Source of the DNA: Gemmatimonadota bacterium
GTDB taxonomy: Bacteria > Gemmatimonadota > Gemmatimonadetes > Gemmatimonadales > GWC2-71-9
Length of the DNA: 64,000 bases
NCBI GenBank assembly: GCA_039588255.1
Contig: JBDHAF010000019.1
Coordinates: forward strand, 3,101 to 67,100
Direction of reading: 5' to 3'
In this document: positions 1-9,144 of the stretch, in pieces
Layout of the letters: each line of letters begins with the position of its first letter
How positions within the stretch are numbered: the first letter of the stretch is position 1
Translations under genes and position numbers: made by a program
The notes under the pieces: generated by a model
Databases searched by the model: none
The model's input: only the letters and a program-made list of their open reading frames with translations
Told to the model about the DNA's origin: nothing

Positions 1-370
1 TCCGGCAAGCGAACCGAAGTGGGCATTACAACCAGGTATGACACTGCCCGGTAGTGACTTGTGTCCACGTTCTCTGGTCATCGAAGGCATATGGATCCGG
101 GCATCCTTTCCTTCAATCTGCAATCATTGTCACGCATAGCGAGTGTGGTGTCATGTTCCTTAACACTCTGCGTTGACCCTAATCTGCTCTCTGGGACCCG
201 CTTTGGCTGTGTCGGGGATCACCTGGAACAGGAGGGCTGGATCACGCCCGATACATAAGGAAAACGGAGGGCTTTGATCCCCAGCAACGGTTAGATGCTG
301 TTCCCCAAGTCTTTTTAAGACTTCTTCACGGATCTAGTGTGCGATTTGGTTACACATGGCCGGCAAATGA

Positions 371-398
371 AGAGCCGCTCGGAAAAGCGGGCGGCTCT
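371..398 (-). terminator. terminator-like hairpin downstream of the pilin-like CDS
   Basis: AGAGCCGC (371-378) is the reverse complement of GCGGCTCT (391-398). It lies about 25 nt beyond the stop (421-423) of the minus-strand CDS. Only a weak U-run follows on the minus strand. Confidence 0.3.
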
Positions 399-420
399 GC
401 CTGAGAATAGGTCCGACTGT

Positions 421-2145
421 CTAGTACACGGGCCGGAAGGCTGTGTGGATGATGTTGCCCACCACGGGTGTGCCGGGCGGCAGGTTTGCTGGGTCCTCGA
501 ACCGCATGTCGAAGCTCCAGTCCCGATTGGGCGGTCTGTAGGGACGCCCGCTCCACGCGCCCACGGCGTACTGGCTGACGTGCATCGAGACCAGGGACCC
601 GATGAACGTGAGTGTCCTGCCGTTCCAGCTCTCCAAGAACCTGGGGTAGTTCTCGATCCCGCCGCCATAGAAGCCGCCGGAACAGCCGGGATCATACCAG
701 TCGCAGGGCGTGGCCGAGTGGCCGGCGAGGATGGCCATATAAAAAGTGGTGTTGGACGCCCCTGGCCTCACGATGACCGGGTTCTGATGATCGTCGTCGT
801 CCCAGGAGTTGGAGAGCAGACTGATCGCGTCTCCCACCACGGCCGCCGGCTGCCAGGCTCCGGTGTTGTAGTTCCCCCACACGTAGATGGGACGTTCGGT
901 CGCCACCGTGAAGGGGTTGCCGAGGGCCGCCCCGTTGGAGAGACGCACCACGGGGAAGATCCCGTCGCTCGAGGGATCCCGCCCGGCGGCCTGATTCACG
1001 AACGTGACGTAGAGGGAGCTCACGGTGCGAGATGGATCCCCGGCGCCCCAGTCCAACAGCTCGTCCACGTCGATCTCCAGGGCCTCCACGTACCGCTGTT
1101 CCCGGCTCTCCCAGAATGTCTCCCACGACATGTCGAAGATCTGCATGCACTCGGGTTGGCTGGGAACCTGCATGGACCCCGGTCGCGTCACCACCATCTG
1201 GGCGCAAAGCTCCGCCGCCGCGGTGCCTTGGCCCAGGTTGAGGTTCGTGAGATCGACGACGGCGTAAAAGTCGGCCTTCCAGGAGAACTTGGCGGCACGC
1301 TCCAGCTCCCCGTCGTCCCCGTCACGTGGGCGAAGTAGCTCCTGGGCTGTAACGCCGTCGGGGAGCGGGAGATTTAGCGAGTCAACGTCGTACGCGTCGG
1401 TCATGAGGCGGTTGTCGAAGTTCGCGTTGCTCTTCGACCGGAACGCCGCCGGGTTCGAATGCGTGCGGCTGTCGAAGTCGAGGACGACATCGACGGCGCT
1501 GGCGTTGGCGATTTCGACGCCGAACCTGACGTCGTTTTTGTCCTTCCGGTTGTGATAGATCTTATTGGGCGTGGTGACTATATCCCGATACCACGCGTTG
1601 CTGGAGCTCAAGTAGATGTTCCCGTTGGAATGGACCCAGCCGGCAAACGTCATGTCCGGCCCGTTCGTGGCCTCCAAGTCCTGCTCGAAGAACACGCCAA
1701 ACTGAAAAATGGGGAACGCCTGGGCCTTGGCCGAGACGATGACGGCGCTGGTGTTGGCGTAAGGGTCGGTGGCCTCGGCGGTGATCTCGAGATTCTGCGT
1801 GAGGCTATAGAGGCCGGCAAAGGGCCCGTCGGTGACGGTCTCCACATCCACAATTCCGATCTTATCCACGCTGATGTCGGAGAACTCGAACCCTTCCACC
1901 TCGGGCGGCTCGACGGCACCCAACTCGGCGTCCTCCAGGACGCCGTCCTCCAGCATGTCGGCCAGTTGGGCCAGGATGGCGTCGGCCGCGCCCTCGGCGG
2001 CATACGCCACTCGAGCCGCCTGGTAGTCCAGCGCCGAGGACCTGGTGACGGTGACAGCGGCGTTGTAGGCGCTCAGCATCAACACCGTCATCAGGATCAG
2101 GACCATTATCGTCGCCTCGAGGGCGAATCCATCGCGGTTCTTCAT
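421..2145 (-). CDS. large secreted protein with prepilin-type N-terminal cleavage/methylation motif (PilX-like pseudopilin N-terminus)
   Basis: 574-aa ORF. The N-terminus MKNRDG|FALEATIMVLILMTVLMLSAY has a short basic leader, G-F-x-x-E with Glu at +5, and a ~20-residue hydrophobic helix, which is the type IV pilin class III signal. I cannot name a family for the remaining ~540 aa. Confidence 0.7.
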   Translation of the reverse strand: MKNRDGFALEATIMVLILMTVLMLSAYNAAVTVTRSSALDYQAARVAYAAEGAADAILAQLADMLEDGVLEDAELGAVEPPEVEGFEFSDISVDKIGIVDVETVTDGPFAGLYSLTQNLEITAEATDPYANTSAVIVSAKAQAFPIFQFGVFFEQDLEATNGPDMTFAGWVHSNGNIYLSSSNAWYRDIVTTPNKIYHNRKDKNDVRFGVEIANASAVDVVLDFDSRTHSNPAAFRSKSNANFDNRLMTDAYDVDSLNLPLPDGVTAQELLRPRDGDDGELERAAKFSWKADFYAVVDLTNLNLGQGTAAAELCAQMVVTRPGSMQVPSQPECMQIFDMSWETFWESREQRYVEALEIDVDELLDWGAGDPSRTVSSLYVTFVNQAAGRDPSSDGIFPVVRLSNGAALGNPFTVATERPIYVWGNYNTGAWQPAAVVGDAISLLSNSWDDDDHQNPVIVRPGASNTTFYMAILAGHSATPCDWYDPGCSGGFYGGGIENYPRFLESWNGRTLTFIGSLVSMHVSQYAVGAWSGRPYRPPNRDWSFDMRFEDPANLPPGTPVVGNIIHTAFRPVY

Positions 2146-2477
2146 GACTTCCTCCCTGCATCGTCAAGTTCGCGCTGCCAGGGGAGGCTGTAAAGGGCGG
2201 GCCGTCGGAGCGCACCAAACGGCACGCTGTCTTGGGCCTTTTCACCTTGTAAACGACTTGAGCGCAAGGCATCTAAATCATTACAAAAAAACCAGTTAGG
2301 CCTGCTTTGACTCTAGCCAAGACAAGCTGGAGCGGTTTCCCAAGGTGCACTACCAACGCCGCCGCGGCGTGCGTACCCTGGCAACGCAGCGCGTCGATTT
2401 CAATATCCTGGGACTCGGACGGGACTGATCGGCGGTGCTGGTTCGTGACCCCGGCCGGCGGTATTCTACCAAACCCC

Positions 2478-3671
2478 ATGGAACACATCGAGCCTCATAG
2501 CCAGACACCTGCCGTAGGTGATCCAGCCGATTGGCCCCTCCAGGCGAAGCGCCGGCTCGTCGTGCTCGCCATCGGGGTGGGGACGTTCCTCTTGTTCCGG
2601 CTCGTCTCGTGGCTTCCGGGACTGGTGGAGGCCGTGTACGCCACTTGGCTCGGCCCCCTCATCGTGCGTCCCCTGTCCCACATCACGGGCCTTTTTCCGT
2701 TCTCCCTGGTGGAGATCGTCTGGATCTCGTATGTGGCGTGGCTGGTGACGCTCTCGGCGCGAACGGTGATGGCCGTGGCGAGAAAACGGCGCCACGTGAG
2801 CAACGCCGCCATGGGAGGCGGGCTGCGGTTGGCCCGGGACGCGGGGGTGATCATGGGGCTGTTCTACCTCATGTGGGGCTTCAACTACGCCCGGCGACCC
2901 TTGGACGAGCGACTCGACTGGCCCGAATGGACCCCTCCCGACGTGGAGGCCCTCATCGCCCTCACGGCGGATGCGGTGGAGGCGGCCAATCAAGCGTACC
3001 TCGCGATCCACCGGTCCGAGGACGCCGGAACCCCCACACCAATGCCCCCCGACGTAAGTGATCTCGACGATGCCCTGGAGGAGGGGTGGAGCAGGGCGGC
3101 GGAGCTGCTGGGCCTCCCCGCCAGCACCCGGAAGCGGTACGGCAGAACCAAGCGTCTGCTCCTGAGCCACCTCGTTGCCCGGTTCGGCATCGCCGGGTTC
3201 TACTTCCCGTGGACCGCAGAGGCCAACGTGCTCAGGGACACGCCCCTGGTGAGCCGCTCCCAGTCGATGGCCCACGAGAAGGCGCACCAACGGGGGATCG
3301 GCCCCGAGTCGGAGGCGAGCTTCCTCGGCTATGTCGCCGGCACTCTGGCGCCTCACAGGCGCGTCCGCTACTCGGCCCTCGTCTTCGCCCAGGGTCAACT
3401 GCTCAACGCCCTCGCCCGGGCCGACCGGGATGCCGCCCGGGAGATCGCAGCGCGGCGCTTCCCCGGAATCCGGCGCGACCTGGAGGACCTTGCTGAGTAC
3501 TGGAAACGGTTCGAGGGCGTGGGGAGGACCATCGGGCGGGCGGTGAACGATCGGTATCTGCGAACCAACCGCGTCCACGGGGGCATCCAGAGCTACGGCT
3601 TCAGCGTGCGACTGCTGATCACCTTCGCCTCCCAGCATGACGGCAAGGTGGTGCCGGAATCCACCAGGTGA
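2478..3671 (+). CDS. membrane-associated HExxH zinc metalloprotease-like protein (DUF3810-like)
   Basis: ORF 2307-3671. The first ATG with a sensible N-terminus is at 2478 (MEHIEPH...). It has N-terminal hydrophobic helices and a MAHEKAHQRG (HExxH) motif. The DUF3810 assignment is from memory of that architecture. Confidence 0.6.
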   Translation: MEHIEPHSQTPAVGDPADWPLQAKRRLVVLAIGVGTFLLFRLVSWLPGLVEAVYATWLGPLIVRPLSHITGLFPFSLVEIVWISYVAWLVTLSARTVMAVARKRRHVSNAAMGGGLRLARDAGVIMGLFYLMWGFNYARRPLDERLDWPEWTPPDVEALIALTADAVEAANQAYLAIHRSEDAGTPTPMPPDVSDLDDALEEGWSRAAELLGLPASTRKRYGRTKRLLLSHLVARFGIAGFYFPWTAEANVLRDTPLVSRSQSMAHEKAHQRGIGPESEASFLGYVAGTLAPHRRVRYSALVFAQGQLLNALARADRDAAREIAARRFPGIRRDLEDLAEYWKRFEGVGRTIGRAVNDRYLRTNRVHGGIQSYGFSVRLLITFASQHDGKVVPESTR

Positions 3672-3745
3672 GGGGCCGCGGGCCTCATTCCCCCGAGAAC
3701 AAATCAGGGTTATCGTCGGAGTCGCCAATTTCCCAGTAGAGGCAT

Positions 3746-5161
3746 ATGGAGTCGTTTGGCTGGGTTTCGATCCTTCCGCCCCTCGTGGCCATCGGTCTCG
3801 CGATCTGGACGAGGCAGGTGTACCTGTCTCTCGGGCTGTTCGTGTGGCTGGGGTGGACAATCATGAACGGATGGAACCCGATCGAGGGACTCATCGAATC
3901 GGTGGATGTGTTCGTCACCTCGGTCACCGATCCCGGCAACGCCCGCACCCTTCTGTTCTCCGCGCTCATCGGTGCCATGATCACCTTCACCCAGGCCTCG
4001 GGTGGCATGGAGGGGTTCATCGAATGGGTGGAGCGCCGCAAGCTCGCCAACAGCAAGCGCTCGGCGGGGCTCCTCACCGCGTTCGTGAGCATGGGCGTGT
4101 TCCTCGAGTCCAACTTCGGCCTGCTGGTTTCGGGTTCCGTCGCGCGGCCCCTGTTCGACAAGTGCAGGATCTCGCGAGAGAAGCTCAGCTACATCATCGA
4201 CGCCACGTGCGCGCCGAAGTGCATCCTGATTCCGCTGAACGCGTGGGGCGCCTACATCATCGGCCTCCTCACCGCACAAGACGTGGACAATCCGGTGGCC
4301 CTGGTGGTCTCGGCGCTGCCGTTCAACTTCTACGCCATCCTCGCCATCGCCATGGCCTTCGGCGTGATCATCACGGGGTGGAATCTCGGGCCCATGCGCG
4401 AGGCGGAGCGCAGGGTCGAGGAAGAGGGCAAGGTTTTGCGGGACGGGGCCGAGCCCATGGTCGCCACGGAGGTGACGGAGACCAGGCCTAAGGACGGTGT
4501 GCCGAAGCGCGCCGCTAACATGGTCGTGCCCATCGTGACCATGGTGGCGGCGGTGCCGACGGTGCTGTGGATGACGGGCGACGGCGACATCATGGCCGGG
4601 AGCGGCTCCCACGCGGTGTTGTGGGGGGTGATCATCGGGCTGCTGGTGGCGACGCTGCTGTACAAGGCCCAAGGCATCATGACCATCAAGGAGCTGACGG
4701 ACCAGGCCATTCGGGGCATCCAGGGACTGATCCCCCTCGTCATCGTCCTGTCCCTGGCGTTTGCCATTGGCGCCACACAGCGGGCTCTCGGAACGGGCGT
4801 GTTCTTGGCCCAGGCGGCCCAGGCCGCGCTGCACCCCGGGTTCGTCCCGGCAATCATCTTCGTGCTGGCGTGCTTCATTGCGTTCTCCACGGGGACATCG
4901 TGGGGCACGTTCGCCATCATGATCCCCATCGTCATCCCCATCTTCCAGCAGTTGGACCTTCATCCCGGCCTCACGCTGGCGGCGGCACTTGGGGGAGGGA
5001 TCTTCGGCGATCACTGCTCGCCAATCTCCGACAGTACCATCGTGGCGTCGATGGCGTCGGCTACGGACCACATCGATCACGTGCGCACCCAGTTGCCGTA
5101 CGCTCTCTTGGCGGCGGGCGGCGCCGTCGTCCTCTTTCTGATCTTTGGCTTCACGCTCTGA
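3746..5161 (+). CDS. NhaC-family Na+/H+ antiporter-like polytopic membrane transporter
   Basis: 471-aa ORF, hydrophobic throughout (>=10 predicted helices). The N-terminus ILPPLVAIGLAIWTRQVYLSLGLF and overall layout resemble NhaC-type antiporters. Confidence 0.65.
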   Translation: MESFGWVSILPPLVAIGLAIWTRQVYLSLGLFVWLGWTIMNGWNPIEGLIESVDVFVTSVTDPGNARTLLFSALIGAMITFTQASGGMEGFIEWVERRKLANSKRSAGLLTAFVSMGVFLESNFGLLVSGSVARPLFDKCRISREKLSYIIDATCAPKCILIPLNAWGAYIIGLLTAQDVDNPVALVVSALPFNFYAILAIAMAFGVIITGWNLGPMREAERRVEEEGKVLRDGAEPMVATEVTETRPKDGVPKRAANMVVPIVTMVAAVPTVLWMTGDGDIMAGSGSHAVLWGVIIGLLVATLLYKAQGIMTIKELTDQAIRGIQGLIPLVIVLSLAFAIGATQRALGTGVFLAQAAQAALHPGFVPAIIFVLACFIAFSTGTSWGTFAIMIPIVIPIFQQLDLHPGLTLAAALGGGIFGDHCSPISDSTIVASMASATDHIDHVRTQLPYALLAAGGAVVLFLIFGFTL

Positions 5162-5170
5162 CGCGATCCC

Positions 5171-5929
5171 ATGGAGTACTCGATTGACCACGCGGTGCTC
5201 TTCGTCGAAAACCTCGATGCGGCGACGGCGGAATTCACGGAGCTGGGGTTTCTGGTCACCCCGGGCGGGACCCACACAGGCGGACTGACCGAGAACGCCC
5301 TCATTCTGCTGGCGGACGGCACGTACCTCGAGCTGTTGGGATTCACCGTACCACTCGAGAGGTTGACCGGTGGGGAGGAGCGGACGGCGTTAGACCGCCG
5401 GTTCGTGCCCCGGGGACGTGTAGGGCAGGGGTTTGGGGATTTCGCGTGCGGCATTGCCGGACTGGAGGGTGCCATCGCGGCCGCTCGGGGGGCAGGCTTG
5501 GAAGTCGAAGGTCCCTTTCCCGGAGGCCGCACCCGCCCGGACGGGATCGCCGTCGAATGGCAACTGGCCTTTCCCGCCGACGACGTCCTCCCGTTCCTGA
5601 TCGAAGACGTGACGGACCGGGCGCTGCGTGTGCCACGCGGCGACGCAACCCGTCACGCGAACGGTGCATCGGGGATCGTCGAGCTCGTGGTGCGGACCGA
5701 TGACACCAAGAGGATCGTGAATTCGTACGAGAAGTTGTTTGGGAGCGCCGCCGAGGTGTCCGAGGGCGCGGTTTCATTTCACCTCACTAACGGCGTGATC
5801 ACGATCCAACCGGGCACCGCCAACTCGGTCCGGCTCCACACGTCCGTCGAGGGAGCGACCGGTGCATTCGAGTGCCACGGCGTAAGGATCGAGCTTGCGG
5901 GCGGAACCGGGAACGTACCTTATTTATAG
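5171..5929 (+). CDS. VOC/glyoxalase-like domain protein
   Basis: 252 aa. The N-terminus IDHAVLFVENLDAATAEFTELGFLVTPGGTHTGGLTENALILLADGTYLELLGF is typical of the glyoxalase-like (VOC) fold. Confidence 0.6.
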   Translation: MEYSIDHAVLFVENLDAATAEFTELGFLVTPGGTHTGGLTENALILLADGTYLELLGFTVPLERLTGGEERTALDRRFVPRGRVGQGFGDFACGIAGLEGAIAAARGAGLEVEGPFPGGRTRPDGIAVEWQLAFPADDVLPFLIEDVTDRALRVPRGDATRHANGASGIVELVVRTDDTKRIVNSYEKLFGSAAEVSEGAVSFHLTNGVITIQPGTANSVRLHTSVEGATGAFECHGVRIELAGGTGNVPYL

Positions 5930-5975
5930 GCGACGCCTCGAACTGACTTCCTCAGGCGAAGGAGCAGTCCTCACA

Positions 5976-6404
5976 ATGAGTCCAGCAGACGACGGATCGG
6001 AGAAATCTCGGGCCATCGCCCTCGCGGTCGGTGCGGTGCTGGGCCCGTTCGGCGCCCACCGCTACTACGTGGGCAAGATTGGAACCGGCCTGCTGCAAAC
6101 GGTCACCATCGGCGGCTTCGGCCTCTGGTGGATGTACGACATGATCCTCATCTCGTTCGGCGCTTTTCGGGATGCCGACGGCAGGCGGGTGAAGTATTGG
6201 ACCGAAGACGAGGCATTCGAGAAAACCAGTCGATCGAACCATCGGCTATCTGAGGAAGCCCTGGAAGAACTAGATGCACTGCGGGAAGAAGTCGCCGACT
6301 TGTCCGAGCGCGTGGATTTCACCGAGCGCCTGCTGACCAGGGGCCGGAACGACGCAGACTTCCAACAGGGCGGCTATGAAGCCCGTCCCCGCACGCCCCG
6401 ATAG
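5976..6404 (+). CDS. TM2 domain-containing membrane protein
   Basis: ATG at 5976 within ORF 5895-6404. GPFGAHRYYVGKIGTGLLQTVTIGGFGLWWMYDMI is the TM2 two-helix signature, followed by a C-terminal coiled-coil-like tail. Confidence 0.7.
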   Translation: MSPADDGSEKSRAIALAVGAVLGPFGAHRYYVGKIGTGLLQTVTIGGFGLWWMYDMILISFGAFRDADGRRVKYWTEDEAFEKTSRSNHRLSEEALEELDALREEVADLSERVDFTERLLTRGRNDADFQQGGYEARPRTPR

Positions 6405-6468
6405 CCCACACGAGCCCCGAAACCGCGCCGGTGGCCCTACCGTAATACTTGGTATATAGAGCAACCCG

Positions 6469-7275
6469 GTGTGGTCCTCGATGCCCGATACGAAACAACC
6501 CGGCTCTCTCACGCCTGACGACCTCCAGGCCAAGCTTGCCTCGCTCAATGCGGAGGTCACAGCCGAGCTCGAGGCGCGACATGCCACCCCCGCGCCGGTC
6601 GAACCGCGGGCGCGTGCCGCGCCAAGGCCCAGGCGCACGATAGCCGGATGGCTCGCCCTCGGCGCCAGCATCGCGCTGCTCATCGTGTTGCCGTTCGTGG
6701 TGCTCATTGGGGGAGCGGTCTGGCTCTACCGGGCACATGCGATTCCCACGTGGCTTGCCTTGGCCTGTTCCGGCCTGGTCGCCGGTACCGTGTTGACGCT
6801 CTACGGTGCACGAATATCGAAGAAGCTGACCGGCAAGGCGCGCGTGCGCTTTATCGGGACCAAATTGGCATTACCAACGGTCGTATTCTACTGCGGCTAC
6901 ACGCTGCTGTTTCTCTCGGCGGTGAACGCCAAGACCGACGAAGTGCGAGAGTATCACCGCAACGTGCATCCGTTGCTCCGGGTGGCGTTGAGTACGGCGA
7001 TTCTGGCGGACCGGGACATGGTCGTCACCGACACCCAACGCGAAGCCGCCGACTACGCGAGGATGGGACTCTCCACGTTGGACAACTCGCTCCACTTCGT
7101 GCAGGAGTCCGGATACGTCCACGCGGTGGACCTACGCACGGTGGGCCGGGCAGAGTGGAAGAACGCGTTGCTGGCGGGCTATTTCCGCTTCATGGGGTTC
7201 AAGACGCTGCGCCACGTGGGAACGGCCGACCACCTCCACGTCTCGTTGGCACCTCCAGGGGATATGAGGCGGTAG
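6469..7275 (+). CDS. membrane protein with C-terminal LAS/M15-like metallopeptidase-like motifs (hypothetical)
   Basis: 268-aa ORF starting at GTG 6469 (alternative ATG 6481). It has 3-4 hydrophobic helices, then SLHFVQESGYVHAVDL ... ADHLHVSL, which resembles the H..D / HxH zinc motifs of LAS peptidases. The function is inference only. Confidence 0.5.
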   Translation: MWSSMPDTKQPGSLTPDDLQAKLASLNAEVTAELEARHATPAPVEPRARAAPRPRRTIAGWLALGASIALLIVLPFVVLIGGAVWLYRAHAIPTWLALACSGLVAGTVLTLYGARISKKLTGKARVRFIGTKLALPTVVFYCGYTLLFLSAVNAKTDEVREYHRNVHPLLRVALSTAILADRDMVVTDTQREAADYARMGLSTLDNSLHFVQESGYVHAVDLRTVGRAEWKNALLAGYFRFMGFKTLRHVGTADHLHVSLAPPGDMRR

Positions 7276-7290
7276 GATTCAAACGGAAAC

Positions 7291-7321
7291 GGGCGGCCCG
7301 ACTGGACCGCCCTTGCGTTTC
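7291..7321 (+). terminator. intrinsic terminator-like hairpin
   Basis: GGGCGG (7291-7296) pairs with CCGCCC (7307-7312) and is followed by TTGCGTTTC. It lies 16 nt after the stop at 7275. Confidence 0.45.
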
Positions 7322-7474
7322 TGTCACTCGCCACAATGCCTGCGCTCGAAGCGTCGCGAGGAGTCCCCACAACTTCTCGTCGGCACGCCCGGAATCTCAC
7401 TGCCCCGCCAGAGGGCCTCGTGCCCGCAATCAAAATGTGACGCCCCGCTCAAGACCGCGCCGTGGTCTGGATCA

Positions 7475-7753
7475 CTAAAGCTGATCTTCGAGATCCATCG
7501 CCTTGATCAGGCCAACATACCAGGGCGCCTTCTCCGCCAAATCGGCCTCGTGGCTGGGCGCCGTCTTCCAATGGTCCTCGCACCAGAAAGTCTGCCTGGC
7601 TTCGTCTCGCCACAGAGCCGGCGCGCCGCACTGGGAGCAGGAATCCACTGATTGAAGCGCGACGTTCTTCCATGCGTAGGCGAGGGCCTTCCAGCGATTT
7701 CGCTGGTCGGATATCGATGTGATCAGTGTGATCGGACCGCGGTCGTCGGGCAT
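7475..7753 (-). CDS. small hypothetical protein with C-x2-C ... C-x2-H pattern
   Basis: 92-aa ORF sitting alone in a 640-bp gap between real genes. It contains CSQCGAP...WCEDH. I recognise no family, so coding status is uncertain. Confidence 0.35.
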   Translation of the reverse strand: MPDDRGPITLITSISDQRNRWKALAYAWKNVALQSVDSCSQCGAPALWRDEARQTFWCEDHWKTAPSHEADLAEKAPWYVGLIKAMDLEDQL

Positions 7754-7917
7754 CGGGTAAGCTTAGCTCCCGAAACGAGGGTCTGCCAGGAGCCGGCCCT
7801 CGGCGAGGTTGCCGCCGGTTGTCCGGCTGGCTAACCTTAGCGCGGTTCCCTGCGGGTGACCACGGCAGATTCGTCACCCGAATCAATCCGCCCCAACATC
7901 ACTCCGATTGACTACCC

Positions 7918-9144
7918 ATGTCTGGCACTCATATCAAATGGAAGGATGACGCCTACGTCGTCCCGAACGACCCCATAATCCCCTTCATAGAAGGGGACGG
8001 CATCGGCCCTGACCTGTGGCGCGCCGCACAACACGTCTTCGACCAAGCCGTGGCCCGCACCTACGGCGGCGACCGGCAAGTCGTCTGGAAGGAAATCCTG
8101 GCAGGCCAAAAGGCGCACGACCAGACCGGCGAGTGGCTGCCCCAGGCCACCCTCGACGCGATCCTGGAGTACCGCATCGCCATCAAAGGACCGCTCACGA
8201 CGCCGGTGGGAGGAGGCATTCGGTCGTTGAACGTGTCGCTGCGGCAGCTCTTGGACCTGTTCGCGTGCGTGCGACCCGTCCGCTGGCTCGAAGGCGTGCC
8301 TTCACCCATGAAAGATCCCAGCGCCCTGAACGTCGTCATCTTTCGCGAGAACCTCGAAGACGTCTACGCAGGTATCGAGTACGAAGCGGGCAGCGACGAA
8401 GCCAACCGCGTGCGGGAGTTCTTGGTGGAGAACTTCTCCGCGAAGATCCGCGAGGGAAGCGCCCTCGGCATCAAGCCGATGAGCGCACGGAACTCGAAGC
8501 GTCTCGTGGCCAAGGCGATCAAGTACGCCATCGCACGAGGCCGGGAGTCCGTGTCCCTCATGCACAAGGGCAACATCATGAAGTTCACCGAGGGCGCCTT
8601 CCGCGACTGGGGATACGAGTGCGCTCGAGAGCAGTTCGGCGACCAGACCATCAGCGAGGCCGATTACTGGAAGGCCAACCCGGACGGCGGCCCCGGTGAC
8701 GGTCGTATCATCGTCAAAGACCGCATCGCCGACTCCATGTTTCAGCAGGTGTTGCTGCGACCGCGTGAGTATTCCATCATCGCCACGCCGAATCTCAATG
8801 GCGATTATATATCGGACGCGTGCGCGGCTCAGGTGGGCGGGCTCGGGATGGCTCCCGGGGCCAACATGGGAGACGGCATCGCACTCTTCGAAGCCACGCA
8901 CGGAACGGCTCCCAAGTACGCTGGGCAGGACAAGGTCAATCCCAGCAGCGTCATTCTCTCAGGCGTCATGATGTTCGAGGAGATCGGCTGGAACGAGGCC
9001 GCAGACGCCATCGTGCAGGGAGTCGAAGGTGCCATCGGCGCCGGAACGGTCACGTACGACCTGGCGCGGCAGATGCCCGGTGCCACCAAGGTAAAGACGT
9101 CCGAGTTCGCCGAGGCGGCGGTGCAACACATTCCCAAACGCTGA
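7918..9144 (+). CDS. icd: NADP-dependent isocitrate dehydrogenase
   Basis: 408 aa. [34 protein letters not shown] and [10 protein letters not shown] are motifs of the homodimeric Icd family. Confidence 0.93.
   Translation: MSGTHIKWKDDAYVVPNDPIIPFIEGDGIGPDLWRAAQHVFDQAVARTYGGDRQVVWKEILAGQKAHDQTGEWLPQATLDAILEYRIAIKGPLTTPVGGGIRSLNVSLRQLLDLFACVRPVRWLEGVPSPMKDPSALNVVIFRENLEDVYAGIEYEAGSDEANRVREFLVENFSAKIREGSALGIKPMSARNSKRLVAKAIKYAIARGRESVSLMHKGNIMKFTEGAFRDWGYECAREQFGDQTISEADYWKANPDGGPGDGRIIVKDRIADSMFQQVLLRPREYSIIATPNLNGDYISDACAAQVGGLGMAPGANMGDGIALFEATHGTAPKYAGQDKVNPSSVILSGVMMFEEIGWNEAADAIVQGVEGAIGAGTVTYDLARQMPGATKVKTSEFAEAAVQHIPKR

Noticed and set aside
3-18. 16-nt identity CGGCAAGCGAACCGAA between 3-18 and 11443-11458
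   Set aside because: A single 16-mer match is about what chance predicts for all-against-all comparison within 64 kb. The flanks do not align.
61-258. 65-aa ORF in the low-GC left edge
   Set aside because: It has no family resemblance, a composition unlike the window's real genes, and no upstream RBS-like sequence. I treat the region as non-coding (see the low-GC finding).
2466-3860. Long antisense or alternative-frame ORFs throughout the track. Examples: 2466-3860(-), 3710-5275(-), 10292-11920(-), 16137-17957(-), 17776-19044(-), 30199-31779(-), 36639-38075(-), 43137-44576(-) and 56094-57644(-).
   Set aside because: They overlap genes with unmistakable family motifs on the other strand or frame. 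Their translations are Arg/Pro/Gly/Ala-rich low-complexity sequence typical of stop-free off-frames in high-GC DNA. None shows a recognisable motif.
7855-7880. Hairpin GGGTGAC-N12-GTCACCC in the icd 5' region
   Set aside because: It is a 7-bp stem with a large loop and no U-tract or recognisable riboswitch context. In GC-rich intergenic DNA this is unremarkable.
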